A DNA stretch of 64,000 nt. It comes from an archaeon GW2011_AR15 (lineage in GTDB: Archaea > Nanobdellota > Nanobdellia > Woesearchaeales > GW2011-AR15). Made by a program: the position numbers and the translations under genes. The stretch covers positions 384,001 to 448,000 of the forward strand of contig CP010425.1 of assembly GCA_000830295.1 (NCBI GenBank). The letters run 5' to 3'. Each line of letters opens with the position of its first letter. Position 1 is the stretch's first letter. The notes beneath the pieces are model-generated. The model was not told the DNA's origin. It ran no database searches and saw only the letters and a list, made by a program, of their open reading frames with translations. This document shows, in pieces, positions 1 to 9,768 of this stretch.

Positions 1-695
1 CGGAGATTTTTCTCAATTAACCTGCTCTTTACAGGCTCGTTGAAGTAATCAAATGTATTTGGGGGGACATGTATTTTCCACGGCTCTCCGTTATAATGCT
101 CTTTTACAACAAAACCAGGCAGGACAACTTCTGTATCAACAAGGTTATAATCCACATTCTTTGAATAATAGCCTATTATTTCCCCTGCTTCAACAGGGAC
201 TCTTACACTGACATAGCTATTGGCAGCAGGAGCATTTTCTTTTAGTTTTTCAGATAGTATATCAATATGGATATAGATGCTTGAAACAGTGCAGGTGTGT
301 TCTATCACAACCCTATAATCCTTCCCCGCTGGTGCCCCTGGCATATGCTGTATGCTTGTCACATAGCCGTCCCCCGGGGAATATACTTCTATATCCGCCT
401 CTTCATTATCAAAGTCCTGGAAATAGTGATGGTCAATGGGAGTAACATGGCTATCTATCATTAGTCCGAGAGGAATCATGACTTTTGTCTTCTCCAGATT
501 TACAGGAGGATAATCAAATTTTATATCGGCTTTGCATCCTTCTTCCTGTTCCCTGGGTTCGGAGATATCATTGCTTTCTGCTAGACCGTTGTTTTCCTCT
601 CCTGCTCCTTTTTCAATATTATCCCGAGTGCATGCGCTGATAAAGAGAATAAATACTACAAAAAATACAAGAAAAGGCAGTTTAGATATTCTCAT
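1..695 (-). CDS. Predicted lipoprotein, possibly M23-peptidase-like fold (runs off the window edge)
   Basis: Not in ORF track; my translation begins MRISKLPFLVFFVVFILFISAC (signal + lipobox-like Cys), then HVTPIDHHY, EVYSPGDGYV, YIHID, VEAGEIIG. Confidence 0.6.
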   Translation of the reverse strand, partial: MRISKLPFLVFFVVFILFISACTRDNIEKGAGEENNGLAESNDISEPREQEEGCKADIKFDYPPVNLEKTKVMIPLGLMIDSHVTPIDHHYFQDFDNEEADIEVYSPGDGYVTSIQHMPGAPAGKDYRVVIEHTCTVSSIYIHIDILSEKLKENAPAANSYVSVRVPVEAGEIIGYYSKNVDYNLVDTEVVLPGFVVKEHYNGEPWKIHVPPNTFDYFNEPVKSRLIEKNL

Positions 696-750
696 CCGGC
701 ATTATTATTTTTTATTCTTTAATAACTTTTTGGGGCATGCATAATTTTTT

Positions 751-1233
751 CTAAATCCTTGGCAGCCATCTTGGCACTTTTTTCAAATAGTCTCTATATC
801 CCTTTCCAAATCTCTTCTTTAGTTTCGGCTCTTCTTCAAAAACAACATAAAAATGTAGAACCATTACTAATATTAGCAGATAGATTAACAGCAATACATG
901 CCCAAGAATAAGGAAATAAGAAAGAAAAACAGAAAAATGCCCCAGATATATTGGATTTCTTACGTATCTGTAATTTCCTTTAATGATGAACTTTTTTGCT
1001 GGTTCTGTCGGAAGAGGAGTGCCTTCCCCAAATTTGTTAAAAAGGGATATGCAGTAGAAGAAATTTGCTATACCCAATATGAAAAAGAATATGCCAAAAA
1101 TTTTCATCTCCATATTTGAATAACGCGGAAGGCCAGTTATGTTGTTTAAAGTAACAGCGCCATAGGGCAGCAATATGAAAAAAATTAACAGTATGGAGAT
1201 AACGAGCAAAAGTGATTTGATTTTCATAATCAA
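751..1233 (-). CDS. Isoprenylcysteine carboxylmethyltransferase / PEMT-family membrane protein
   Basis: GEGTPLP, GNYRYVRNPIYLG, EEPKLKKRFGKGYRDYLKKVPRWLP. Confidence 0.85.
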   Translation of the reverse strand: MIMKIKSLLLVISILLIFFILLPYGAVTLNNITGLPRYSNMEMKIFGIFFFILGIANFFYCISLFNKFGEGTPLPTEPAKKFIIKGNYRYVRNPIYLGHFSVFLSYFLILGHVLLLIYLLILVMVLHFYVVFEEEPKLKKRFGKGYRDYLKKVPRWLPRI

Positions 1234-1320
1234 TATGTTTTGTTCCCTGTTTATATGGGTTACGGAATATGTGTTCTCTGATTCAAAACCTTTTTAAATC
1301 CCTGCCGAATCCAAGAGCCT

Positions 1321-1485
1321 ATGGAACAATGCTTAACATGCAAGACAAAGATTACCAACCTTAAAGGCACTGCAAGATTCAAGTGCCCAAGCTGCGGGAA
1401 ATACGAGATAATACGGTGCCCAAGCTGCAGGACAATTGTTGCAAAGTACACCTGCCCGGAATGCGGCTTTATAGGTCCAAACTAA
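1321..1485 (+). CDS. Small Zn-ribbon protein (DUF1610/HVO_2753 family), 54 aa
   Basis: Not in ORF track; MEQCLTC...FKCPSCG...IIRCPSCR...YTCPECGFIGPN, four CxxC; usual position upstream of aEF-1beta. Confidence 0.9.
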   Translation: MEQCLTCKTKITNLKGTARFKCPSCGKYEIIRCPSCRTIVAKYTCPECGFIGPN

Positions 1486-1486
1486 A

Positions 1487-1765
1487 ATGGCGAGGGTAGT
1501 TGTCACGTTCAGCATCATGCCTGAATCTCCTGATGTTGACCTTAAGGATATTGAAACTAAATCTCTGGAAAAAATAAAATCATTTGCAGGCACGGATGAC
1601 TACAAGGTATCAGTAGAGCCTATTGCATTTGGGCTAAAGGCAGTGAAGATAATGTTTGTCATGGACGAAGACAAAGGCTCAACAGACGACCTTGAAGCGG
1701 ATATAGAGACAATTGACGGCGTGAATTCTGTTGAAGTTACTGATGTCAGAAGGGCTATCGGATAA
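1487..1765 (+). CDS. ef1b: Elongation factor 1-beta
   Basis: IMPESPDVDL, EPIAFGLKA, VNSVEVTDV. Confidence 0.95.
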   Translation: MARVVVTFSIMPESPDVDLKDIETKSLEKIKSFAGTDDYKVSVEPIAFGLKAVKIMFVMDEDKGSTDDLEADIETIDGVNSVEVTDVRRAIG

Positions 1766-1828
1766 ATTTATTCTGAAATGAATCTTATTTTCAGTAACCT
1801 TTTTTAATAGCTTTTCTCTACACGTATC

Positions 1829-2542
1829 ATGGCAAATGATTCTGATATAATATCTTATATTACAAAAAACAGGTCATTTATTGATTATGTAAGGGAAATA
1901 AAGAGGGTTTCAGGACTGGATATAAGGGACATAGTAATAGAGGCTGCCCTGGAAAAAGACAGAGCCAATTTTTTTGATCTGGGATGCGGCTACGGCTATG
2001 CTTCCCTTGATTTTTTTAATGTTTTGGAAGAAAGATGCCTTCAGAAACGTGTGAACCCTGATATTCTGCAAAATGTTAATTATTATGGCTTTGACCTGTT
2101 TGTAAAGCCTGTAGAAAATAAAGACAGGAGAACTCATTTTGCTTATCCAAAAGATATATGCGATTCATTTGAAGGTTTTCCTGCCGCGGATATTGCGGTT
2201 TCTTTCTTCTCTTTTCCCTATCTTGATGATAAGCTTGGAGCCCTGAATTCCTGGTATACTTCCCTGAATAACAACGGAAAAATAATAACAACTCATTACT
2301 ATCCCCATCAGATAGAGGCACATGGCCTCAAGTTATCAGAAAAGGTTAATTTTGATTTGACGGAGATTTTCCCTGCTACTATAAAAAAGGGCAGCGACCC
2401 TCTTTTATTGGTTACCCGTAAGAATCCACCTGGCCATCTGCCGAAATTTCTGGCAAGTGAAATGGAAAATACGCACTGGTGGAGAGGAACTCCAAAAGGA
2501 TTTCATGCGGGACAAAAAATATCACATTATCTTATTGATTGA
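1829..2542 (+). CDS. Class I SAM-dependent methyltransferase, substrate unknown
   Basis: DLGCGYG motif I, YGFDL, FSFPYLDDK, LNNNG. Confidence 0.75.
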   Translation: MANDSDIISYITKNRSFIDYVREIKRVSGLDIRDIVIEAALEKDRANFFDLGCGYGYASLDFFNVLEERCLQKRVNPDILQNVNYYGFDLFVKPVENKDRRTHFAYPKDICDSFEGFPAADIAVSFFSFPYLDDKLGALNSWYTSLNNNGKIITTHYYPHQIEAHGLKLSEKVNFDLTEIFPATIKKGSDPLLLVTRKNPPGHLPKFLASEMENTHWWRGTPKGFHAGQKISHYLID

Positions 2543-3562
2543 ATTGCGGGTTCTTACACCCCACCCCAGGAAATGCGTCCTTGAAACTCCTTTCCTGACA
2601 ACATCCTCCACTTTCGGGATGGGCTTTTTCTTTGCCTGGCTCAGCCTGTGCAGATCATAAAAGCCCACAGCATCAATCTCAGATTCCTCTGAAATCAATG
2701 AAACCAGGCCAAATAATTTTTTGTTGTCTTTATCGCTGTTTTTCAGCATTGCCTTAACCAGTTTTTTATCCCACAATCCTCCAACCCACATCGGCCCTGC
2801 ATAATCAAAGCCTTTCAGGCAATTATGCTCAGAGACCTTTCTCTCCTGTGTTTTCCTGTTCCAGAGGAGATATGCATGCTCTTTCAGCAGTTCATCCGCT
2901 TTTTTCCTCCCTTTTTCAGCCCTCAAAAACACCCGGTAGTAATGGTCTTTTGAATATGAAAAAATAGGCCTGAGGGATTTTTCATGCTCTGCCCCCACAA
3001 GCTGCACTTTCCTTATCAGAATTCTTATTGCAGTCTCATGCATGAATTCATTTCTCAGGGGCTTTGCCCAGTATTTCCTTCTGCACGCAAGAGGAGAGCT
3101 GCCCGCGAGCGCTGCTGTGTCTGTTGCTGTAACTGCGAGTATGCCGTTCCTTGCAAGCCTTACAATTGCAGAATCGAGAAAGGGATTTGGGGAGCCGAAT
3201 GGGTCAATATCAATATAGTCAAACCCCCTGCTTTCCAGCAGGAACATATTGGCATCCTTGCCGAATACCTCTCCTTTAACCCTATTCATCTCAAGGTTTT
3301 TCTTTATGCTCTCAGAAGTTTTGTAGTCATTGAATGCAATGCTCTTTATCTTGCCCTTTTTCAGCTCCTTAAAGAATCTTATTCCCCTTACTCCTGACCC
3401 TGCAAGCGGCAGCGCAATCTGCATGTCTTTGTCAGGCACAGAATCCAGAAGCAGGACAGAAACATCCCTGTTCAGCTTCATCACAGGATTATAGAAAACT
3501 CCCAGCTGCTTTGATATTTTGCCGGAAGGCACGTCAATTTCCGCGCTCTCTTCAGTGACCAT
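2522..3562 (-). CDS. trm1: tRNA (guanine-26-N2)-dimethyltransferase
   Basis: VFYNPVMKLNRD, LAGSGVRGIR, IDIDPFGSP, VTATD, GPMWVG. Confidence 0.95.
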   Translation of the reverse strand: MVTEESAEIDVPSGKISKQLGVFYNPVMKLNRDVSVLLLDSVPDKDMQIALPLAGSGVRGIRFFKELKKGKIKSIAFNDYKTSESIKKNLEMNRVKGEVFGKDANMFLLESRGFDYIDIDPFGSPNPFLDSAIVRLARNGILAVTATDTAALAGSSPLACRRKYWAKPLRNEFMHETAIRILIRKVQLVGAEHEKSLRPIFSYSKDHYYRVFLRAEKGRKKADELLKEHAYLLWNRKTQERKVSEHNCLKGFDYAGPMWVGGLWDKKLVKAMLKNSDKDNKKLFGLVSLISEESEIDAVGFYDLHRLSQAKKKPIPKVEDVVRKGVSRTHFLGWGVRTRNSINKIM

Positions 3563-3594
3563 AATGGATAAGTAAAAAGAAAGGGTTAATTAAA

Positions 3595-3951
3595 TTAATT
3601 GTATAAAAAGACCCAGCTGTGCGTTGTGCTCCTGTGGCCGTCATCATTGTATGTGTCGATTATTACAGGATAATAACCCGGGACTGCATCCTGCGGAAGC
3701 TCCATTGCAAGGTATGCCCTCTCGCCTGCCTGTTTCTTTATTGTTACTTCATCTGTTCCTGTCCTGGATCCGAAATCCGGGAAGTAGCCTCTGACACTCA
3801 CATCGTGCAGTGTTGACGGGCCTGGATTAAAGAATGATACCACCAAGGTCTCCTCATCTGAACTAAAAGCATCAGGATAGACCCTCACGCTAAGCGCAGA
3901 GACGCTCGCTATTAAAAGCAGGAATATTGCTATAAGTGCCAGTTTTTTCAT
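3595..3951 (-). CDS. Secreted protein with Ig-like (CARDB-like) domain
   Basis: Signal peptide ending VSA; LPQDAVPGYYPV beta-sandwich pattern. Confidence 0.6.
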   Translation of the reverse strand: MKKLALIAIFLLLIASVSALSVRVYPDAFSSDEETLVVSFFNPGPSTLHDVSVRGYFPDFGSRTGTDEVTIKKQAGERAYLAMELPQDAVPGYYPVIIDTYNDDGHRSTTHSWVFLYN

Positions 3952-4059
3952 TTAAACATCACCCTCTACTATTCCAAAGTGGTACTTTATATTTAAAGAT
4001 TGCCTTCTCTCTATGTTCCTATAACAAATTTTAAAAGCATATCTCTTGTTCTCTCATTT

Positions 4060-5823
4060 ATGGCAGAAAAATTAAGGCAGCCGATAATATCTGTGCTTGG
4101 CCATGTTGACCATGGAAAAACAAAATTATTGGACAGGATTAGGGGGACCGCTACGCAGATAGGGGAATCCGGAGGCATAACACAGGCCATCGGCGCCTCA
4201 ATCATCCCGCTGGATACTGTAAAAAAAATATGCGGGAGCCTGCTTGGAAACAAAATAAGCCTCACACTTCCGGGGCTGCTGTTCATAGACACTCCGGGCC
4301 ACGCTGCTTTCACCACGCTGAGGAAGAGGGGGGGAAGTATATCGGATATTGCGATTCTTGTGGTTGACATAAATGAGGGCCTGATGCCCCAGTCGCTGGA
4401 AAGCATAGACATCCTGAAAAACTCAAAGACGCCTTTTGTGATTGCAGCCAATAAGATTGACCTTGTCCCCCAATACAGGCAGGCTGACAAGTTTTTGGTG
4501 AAAAACCTCAGCGTCCAGGATCCTTTTGTGCAGGAGAAAATTGAAACAAAGATATATGAAATCGTCGGGAAGCTGTCAGAGATGGGCATTAATTCTGAAA
4601 GGTTTGACAGGGTTGAGGAGTATACAAAGCAGGTTGCCATAGTCCCTGTATCTGCAATAACCGGGGACGGCATCCCAGAGCTTCTCATGGTTCTTGTCGG
4701 GCTGGCCCAGAAATACCTTGAAAACTCGCTGAGGCTGCATGTGAGCGGGGGGGCAAAAGGGACTGTACTGGAAGTGAAAGAGACTGTCGGGCTGGGAAAG
4801 ACTCTTGATGTCATAGTCTATGACGGCCTGCTGAAAAAAAACGACAAAATAATCATAGGGGGACTTGAAAAGCCCATAAAGACCAGAGTGAAAGCCCTTC
4901 TGGTGCCGCTGCCTCTTAAAGAGATGCGGGACAAGAAAACAAAATTCATGGGAGTGAACGAGGTTGTTGCCGCAACCGGAGTAAAGATATCCGCCCCTGA
5001 TATTGATGAAGTTATTGCAGGCATGCCCCTCCAAAGCTATACAGAAGATACAAAAGAGGAAGTTATGAAGGAGATAAAGGCAGAAATCGGGGAAGTTATA
5101 ATCGAGACAGGAAGCTCAGGCATAATAATAAAAGCGGATACGCTCGGCTCTCTCGAGGCGCTTACTTTCCTGCTGAAAGAAAAAAATATTCCTGTAAGAA
5201 AAGCAGGCATCGGGAAAATATCAAAAAAAGATGTTGCTGATGCGGAATCAGGCCATGAAAAAAGCCCTACGGAATCTGTTATACTGGGCTTCAATGTCCA
5301 GAGGGATGCAGAGATTTCAGGAAATGAGAAAGTCAAGATAATAACAGGCGATATAATATACAGGATAATCGATGAGCTTGAAGAATGGCAGAAGCAGCAG
5401 GAGGAGATTATGGAGGCAAGGGCGCTTGATAATCTTGTGAGGCCGTGCAAAATCCAGATTCTCAAAGGGTTTGTTTTCAGGCAGAGCAATCCTGCTATTG
5501 TCGGCGTTGACATACTTGAGGGGAAGCTGGCAACAGGCACTGCACTGATGAAAAGCGGGGCCGGGATAACAACAGTAAAAGAGATCCAGCATGAGAAGGA
5601 AAACATAAAGAGCATCACGAAGGGAAAGCAGGCAGCACTTTCCCTTGACAAGGTTACTGTAGGCAGGCAGATAAAGGAAGGCGATATCCTGTACAGCTCC
5701 ATCCCGCAGGAAGATTTCAGGGAAATAAAGAAGCTCGCGAAATATCTTTCCAACGGTGAAATTGAAGTTTTGAAAGAGGTTGCTGAAATGATGAGGAAGG
5801 ACAATCCTGTCTGGGGTGTCTGA
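4060..5823 (+). CDS. infB: Translation initiation factor IF-2 / aIF5B
   Basis: LRQPIISVLGHVDHGKT, DTPGH, NKID, DTLGSLEAL; ATG at 4060 preferred to TTG at 4000. Confidence 0.97.
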   Translation: MAEKLRQPIISVLGHVDHGKTKLLDRIRGTATQIGESGGITQAIGASIIPLDTVKKICGSLLGNKISLTLPGLLFIDTPGHAAFTTLRKRGGSISDIAILVVDINEGLMPQSLESIDILKNSKTPFVIAANKIDLVPQYRQADKFLVKNLSVQDPFVQEKIETKIYEIVGKLSEMGINSERFDRVEEYTKQVAIVPVSAITGDGIPELLMVLVGLAQKYLENSLRLHVSGGAKGTVLEVKETVGLGKTLDVIVYDGLLKKNDKIIIGGLEKPIKTRVKALLVPLPLKEMRDKKTKFMGVNEVVAATGVKISAPDIDEVIAGMPLQSYTEDTKEEVMKEIKAEIGEVIIETGSSGIIIKADTLGSLEALTFLLKEKNIPVRKAGIGKISKKDVADAESGHEKSPTESVILGFNVQRDAEISGNEKVKIITGDIIYRIIDELEEWQKQQEEIMEARALDNLVRPCKIQILKGFVFRQSNPAIVGVDILEGKLATGTALMKSGAGITTVKEIQHEKENIKSITKGKQAALSLDKVTVGRQIKEGDILYSSIPQEDFREIKKLAKYLSNGEIEVLKEVAEMMRKDNPVWGV

Positions 5824-6267
5824 ATGAATGTTCTCAACATCCTGAATTCAAGGGAGAAGAAAAACATAGGCAGGCTCCTTGAAGGGCAGTTCGGCTGCAA
5901 AGGGGTGCTGGAGTATGAGTTTTTTATGAACAGCAAAAACAGGATCTTTCTTCTGAGCAAGGATGCCGGAAAAATTGACATGGAGGAGCTCAGGGTAAAT
6001 TCTCTCGGCATGTATTTCGGGGAAATAAATGACAGGGAGCTGAGGCTGAGCATTGAGGGGAGCCAGCTTATAGGGCCTTTAGCAAAAAAAAATGTGCTTG
6101 AGCTGGATGATGAGCAGGCTGCAAGGTGGATGGCAGGAGAGGACTTCGAGGTTGAGACCGGATTAAAAGGATTTGCACTAATAAAAAACAGGGAAGACTT
6201 CATGGGATGCGGAAAGATTGCGGGGAAAAAATTACTCAACCACGTGCCTAAAGAAAGAAGGGCGTAA
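5824..6267 (+). CDS. NIP7 / RsmF C-terminal-like (pre-PUA/PUA) RNA-binding protein
   Basis: LGMYFG, LRLSIEGSQLIGP, WMAGED, GCGK, LLNHVPKERR. Confidence 0.75.
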   Translation: MNVLNILNSREKKNIGRLLEGQFGCKGVLEYEFFMNSKNRIFLLSKDAGKIDMEELRVNSLGMYFGEINDRELRLSIEGSQLIGPLAKKNVLELDDEQAARWMAGEDFEVETGLKGFALIKNREDFMGCGKIAGKKLLNHVPKERRA

Positions 6268-6318
6268 TTTATTGATTTTTGTATAATATTTATATATAAG
6301 GTGCGTATTTCCGATGCG

Positions 6319-6993
6319 ATGGTAGCTCAGTTTCTTGCCAGCATAGGAAAAGGAGAAGTTCCTGAAATTTTTGGAATTGAAAATTTCCTTACGGATTCCA
6401 CAACATGCTGCAGGACTCCTGTGGTCTTGTTAGACACATCCGCTGTCATCGGGATTGAACAGAACTACCAGAGCCTGACAGGCCGCCAGGGTGAAGCATG
6501 GAAAATAATCAAATACCTTTCCAGGGACTATGATGAGGAAGGCAGGAATTATATCGTCTTAATTACTGAGAATATTTTCAGGGAGCTTACTGCGAAGAAA
6601 AAAAACCGCGAGATATCCGATAGGACATATGACTGCCTTATGCAGCTGTATCAGGGCTCAGCTCCTTTTATTGATGGGAAAAGAAGGGGCGGGAGCAGCA
6701 TGACAAGCATTGAAGCAAAGGTTGTGCAGGCATATGAAAATGGCATGGCTTCTCAAAACAAAAAGGCGAAGGAAAGAAAACTGAACGGGGATTATATCTC
6801 TGCTCCTGATGTTGAAGTCCTGGCTACTGGTGTAGCCCTTGAAAGAAGCGGGACATGCAAAGTAGTTGTCTGTTCTGCGGACGCCCATTTCAGGATTACT
6901 GCAAATGAGCTGAAAATCGGGCCTTATTTCGGAAACCTGAAAAGAAACAAGGATAACCTTCCGCACTTCCACTATCTTCACACCAGAAATTGA
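6319..6993 (+). CDS. Divergent PIN-domain protein
   Basis: VLLDTSAVI, FREL, ISAPDVEVL, SADAHF acidic pattern; TATA-like TTTATATA about 25 nt upstream of ATG 6319. Confidence 0.7.
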   Translation: MVAQFLASIGKGEVPEIFGIENFLTDSTTCCRTPVVLLDTSAVIGIEQNYQSLTGRQGEAWKIIKYLSRDYDEEGRNYIVLITENIFRELTAKKKNREISDRTYDCLMQLYQGSAPFIDGKRRGGSSMTSIEAKVVQAYENGMASQNKKAKERKLNGDYISAPDVEVLATGVALERSGTCKVVVCSADAHFRITANELKIGPYFGNLKRNKDNLPHFHYLHTRN

Positions 6994-6998
6994 GTTGG

Positions 6999-7730
6999 TT
7001 ATTTTCGCACCCAGCGGTCTGCCCAGAAAAGGTCTGAAAGCCCTATGCCTTCCCTAAGAGTGTTCTGGACCGGGTTTTTTGGGAATTGCGTTTGCTGCCT
7101 TTTGAGCCAGAACTCCCTATTTACAAGCTTAAAATATCCCTCCACGCCTCCCTCTTTTTCTATCCTTCCGTAAAGGCCTTCAATTTTTGTGGAGCCAAAC
7201 TCTGAGTTTCTCCCAAGGAGAGGTGCCAGCTGATCATATCCTGATATCTCTCCTGTGTATAACAACGGCGCATGTGGGATTCCCATTTCCTCAAAGAGTG
7301 CATACCTCCTTTCTGTGCTGATTGGTCTGCCCTCCTCCTTATCCCATACCCCGGTTCCTATGAAGTAATGCGGGAGATTGTCATAGGGTACTGTATGCTT
7401 TGCGAACATCCATTCGCCAAAAACCACGTATGTTTCCCCTATAATTTCCTGAAAATGATACCGCATTACTTCTGCCCAGTTTTTAAGAAGGTCGTACTGG
7501 CTGTGGCTTCCAAGCTTATGGCCTCTTGACTGCAGTACAAGCTGTCCGTACTCAAATCCGATGCCGACATTAGAGCCGTCAAGCTTCTCTTCAAGCTTTA
7601 CTGTTTTTCCTTCAAGCAGCTTGTCTGAAGCCTCATCTGTATAGAATGCATGCACCTTCTCACCCCTAAAATGGGAGTTATAGTAAATATGCGGCGTGCT
7701 AGGGAAATCTACATAATCAATATGGTCCAT
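6999..7730 (-). CDS. ATP-dependent RNA ligase family protein (PF09414-like)
   Basis: FPSTPHI, motif I EEKLDGSN, SRG, FGEW, EG, FKLV. Confidence 0.85.
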   Translation of the reverse strand: MDHIDYVDFPSTPHIYYNSHFRGEKVHAFYTDEASDKLLEGKTVKLEEKLDGSNVGIGFEYGQLVLQSRGHKLGSHSQYDLLKNWAEVMRYHFQEIIGETYVVFGEWMFAKHTVPYDNLPHYFIGTGVWDKEEGRPISTERRYALFEEMGIPHAPLLYTGEISGYDQLAPLLGRNSEFGSTKIEGLYGRIEKEGGVEGYFKLVNREFWLKRQQTQFPKNPVQNTLREGIGLSDLFWADRWVRK

Positions 7731-7792
7731 AGTGCAGAAGAAAAACAGGCTATATATAAATATAACTCATTTCTTCACTGTATAGTAACAAA

Positions 7793-8239
7793 TTATATGT
7801 TCCAGATTTCATCCCCTGCATAATGGATATTTCTTATTGCTCTGCCTGAACCCATTGCCCTTATTTCCTCTGCTGGAAACAGGGCTTTCCCTATTGCAAG
7901 GGGCTTCCCGTGCGTCTCATCAACAACCGCAATGATCTCGTCTTTCTTTATGCCATTATCTATCTTTGTAATGCCCGGCCGCATTATGTCTGCGCCTTGG
8001 GCAACAAATTTTACTGCACCCATATCAACTGTTATTTTTTTCAGTATGTCGTTTTTAAGGATGAATTTCAGCGTCGGAAGCAGCTCATTCTCATGGTAGA
8101 AAAAAGCAGGCTCATTGTTTATCAGGACTATGCTTTCATCTGTCTCATACCTGTCTTTCTTCGGCAGCTCTATTGAAAATTTTTCCCTGGCTTTCTCTAT
8201 AAATTCCTTTGCGTCCCTGCTCTTCATTGCTTTTTTCAT
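7793..8239 (-). CDS. PUA-domain RNA-binding protein (DUF1947 / MCT-1-like)
   Basis: LLPTL, VDMGAVKFVAQGADIMRPGI, NIHYAGDEIW. Confidence 0.92.
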   Translation of the reverse strand: MKKAMKSRDAKEFIEKAREKFSIELPKKDRYETDESIVLINNEPAFFYHENELLPTLKFILKNDILKKITVDMGAVKFVAQGADIMRPGITKIDNGIKKDEIIAVVDETHGKPLAIGKALFPAEEIRAMGSGRAIRNIHYAGDEIWNI

Positions 8240-8628
8240 TCTATTCCTGCAATTTCCACGCTGGCCCTTGCCCCCGGATTTTTCAGCATTTCAATAATCC
8301 CCCTGTTAAGGCCAATGGCTGCCTTGTCTGCTTTTATGCCGAGTGTCCTGGCTGAAATAAAATCAGTTTTTCTTACAACAATCTCATCCGGATGGCTGAA
8401 ATCCTTATTCAGGGCTGCTGTAACCGTGTCTTTCAGCCCCCCTGCAGTTATAGTGATTTTCATCCTGCTGTATTTTTTAGCCAGTTTTTTCAGCTCATCA
8501 ACAGAATAATCCGCGCTGACACCGACTATGCAGTCGCCTTTTCTTGTTAGGTGCCCGTGCCTTGTGAACTCGAGAGTATTCCTGTGAGTCCCGAGCAAAT
8601 TTTCATGTCCAGAAATGCTGAAGATCAT
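8236..8628 (-). CDS. DUF371 protein
   Basis: GHENLLGTHRNTLEFT, LTRKGDCIVGV, RKTDFISARTL, ADKAA. Confidence 0.92.
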   Translation of the reverse strand: MIFSISGHENLLGTHRNTLEFTRHGHLTRKGDCIVGVSADYSVDELKKLAKKYSRMKITITAGGLKDTVTAALNKDFSHPDEIVVRKTDFISARTLGIKADKAAIGLNRGIIEMLKNPGARASVEIAGIE

Positions 8629-8870
8629 TATTTCTTTCTGCTTTCTTTTTTTACAAGGTCTTCTATGGGCTTGCTGCCTTCCTTGGCTGCATCCTCTGCC
8701 ATCTTCTGAAGGTCAACTCCCAGCTCCTGCAGTGCCTTTACATGCATCTGCATAAGCTGTTCTACAATGCCCACGAGCTTCATAAGCTCCTGCCTCTCTT
8801 TGGCAAGGGTTGACAATGCGCCCTTGTGAAAGCCTACCTGTTCATTATTGGAAACCTTATCTGCCATCAT
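8628..8870 (-). CDS. Small helical hypothetical protein
   Basis: Translationally coupled between rio1 and DUF371; GFHKGALSTLAKER. Confidence 0.75.
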   Translation of the reverse strand: MMADKVSNNEQVGFHKGALSTLAKERQELMKLVGIVEQLMQMHVKALQELGVDLQKMAEDAAKEGSKPIEDLVKKESRKK

Positions 8871-8871
8871 A

Positions 8872-9606
8872 TCACCTTTGGTTCTGTGAATCCTCTGTTT
8901 TATTTAATAATTTCCTTTTTAGGTTTTCTGTAACACTGTCGTCCATCTGCACGCCATGCTTTGCAAAAAACCTCTTTATATTTTTCATATCCCTCTCAAG
9001 GTATTCTGCTGCATTACGGTCTTTTACGCTTGTTGACTGCGAGAAATCAATGAAATAGGGCTTTTCCCTGTGGTTCAGGATATTGTATTCTGAAAGGTCG
9101 GCATGGACTATGCCGAGCTCAATCAGGTCTCCGACTGAATCTATTATGCTCTTCAGGAATTTTTCCATGTCTTTCGGCAGGCTGTCCTTGAGCTGCGGCG
9201 CTGGCTTTTCAGAGCCTATTGATTCCATTATAAGAACATTATTGCGGAAAGCTATCGGGGTCGGCACGTTTATCTTTTCCCTTGCTGTGAGCAGGTTCCT
9301 GTATTCCCTCTGCACCCACTTGAATATCACCTGCCTCCTCTGGTTCTTTAATCCCATGAACCTTGGGTCTGATTTTATGTAGGAATACATCTTGTTGAAA
9401 TTGCAGGACTCCAGCCGGTATATTTTTACTATGACGTAATCATCCGCTGTATCCGCAAGAAAAACATTGGATTCCTTCCCTATCATCACAGGCATCAAAA
9501 GGTCGTCAAAGTGCCTCTGGGAGCTCAGCCTGAAGAGCGTTGAAAGCGTAAATTCATCAAATACGTTCTTGTATATCTTAAATTTCTCCCTGCTCTTCTT
9601 GACCAT
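8872..9606 (-). CDS. rio1: RIO1 kinase
   Basis: GKESNVF, VKIYR, EYRNL, VHADLSEYNIL, IDFSQ. Confidence 0.95.
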   Translation of the reverse strand: MVKKSREKFKIYKNVFDEFTLSTLFRLSSQRHFDDLLMPVMIGKESNVFLADTADDYVIVKIYRLESCNFNKMYSYIKSDPRFMGLKNQRRQVIFKWVQREYRNLLTAREKINVPTPIAFRNNVLIMESIGSEKPAPQLKDSLPKDMEKFLKSIIDSVGDLIELGIVHADLSEYNILNHREKPYFIDFSQSTSVKDRNAAEYLERDMKNIKRFFAKHGVQMDDSVTENLKRKLLNKTEDSQNQR

Positions 9607-9658
9607 AAAGCTGAGATAATCCCAAGCTTTATAAATCTAGAGAAAAAAACAATTCCCG

Positions 9659-9752
9659 TGCCTTTTTTGCACCTGGGGTAGGGGCTCTAACTGTTTACAA
9701 CGGACTGTGTCCATAACAATTTAACCCTAATATCCCGGCAAAGAAAAAGGCA
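9659..9752 (-). ncRNA. Candidate structured RNA: long bulged hairpin downstream of the PRC-barrel gene
   Basis: Nested complementary segments UGCCUUUUU/AAAAAGGCA, UAGGG/CCCUA, AAUUGUU/AACAGUU, AUGGAC/GUCCGU; T-run follows. Confidence 0.5.
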
Positions 9753-9768
9753 TAATTTTAATTTCTGG

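Noticed and set aside
4011-6239. Long antisense ORFs opposite infB, and similar ones opposite r-proteins, aglB and mcm
   Set aside because: Shadow frames of well-supported genes with Ser/Phe-rich, motif-free translations
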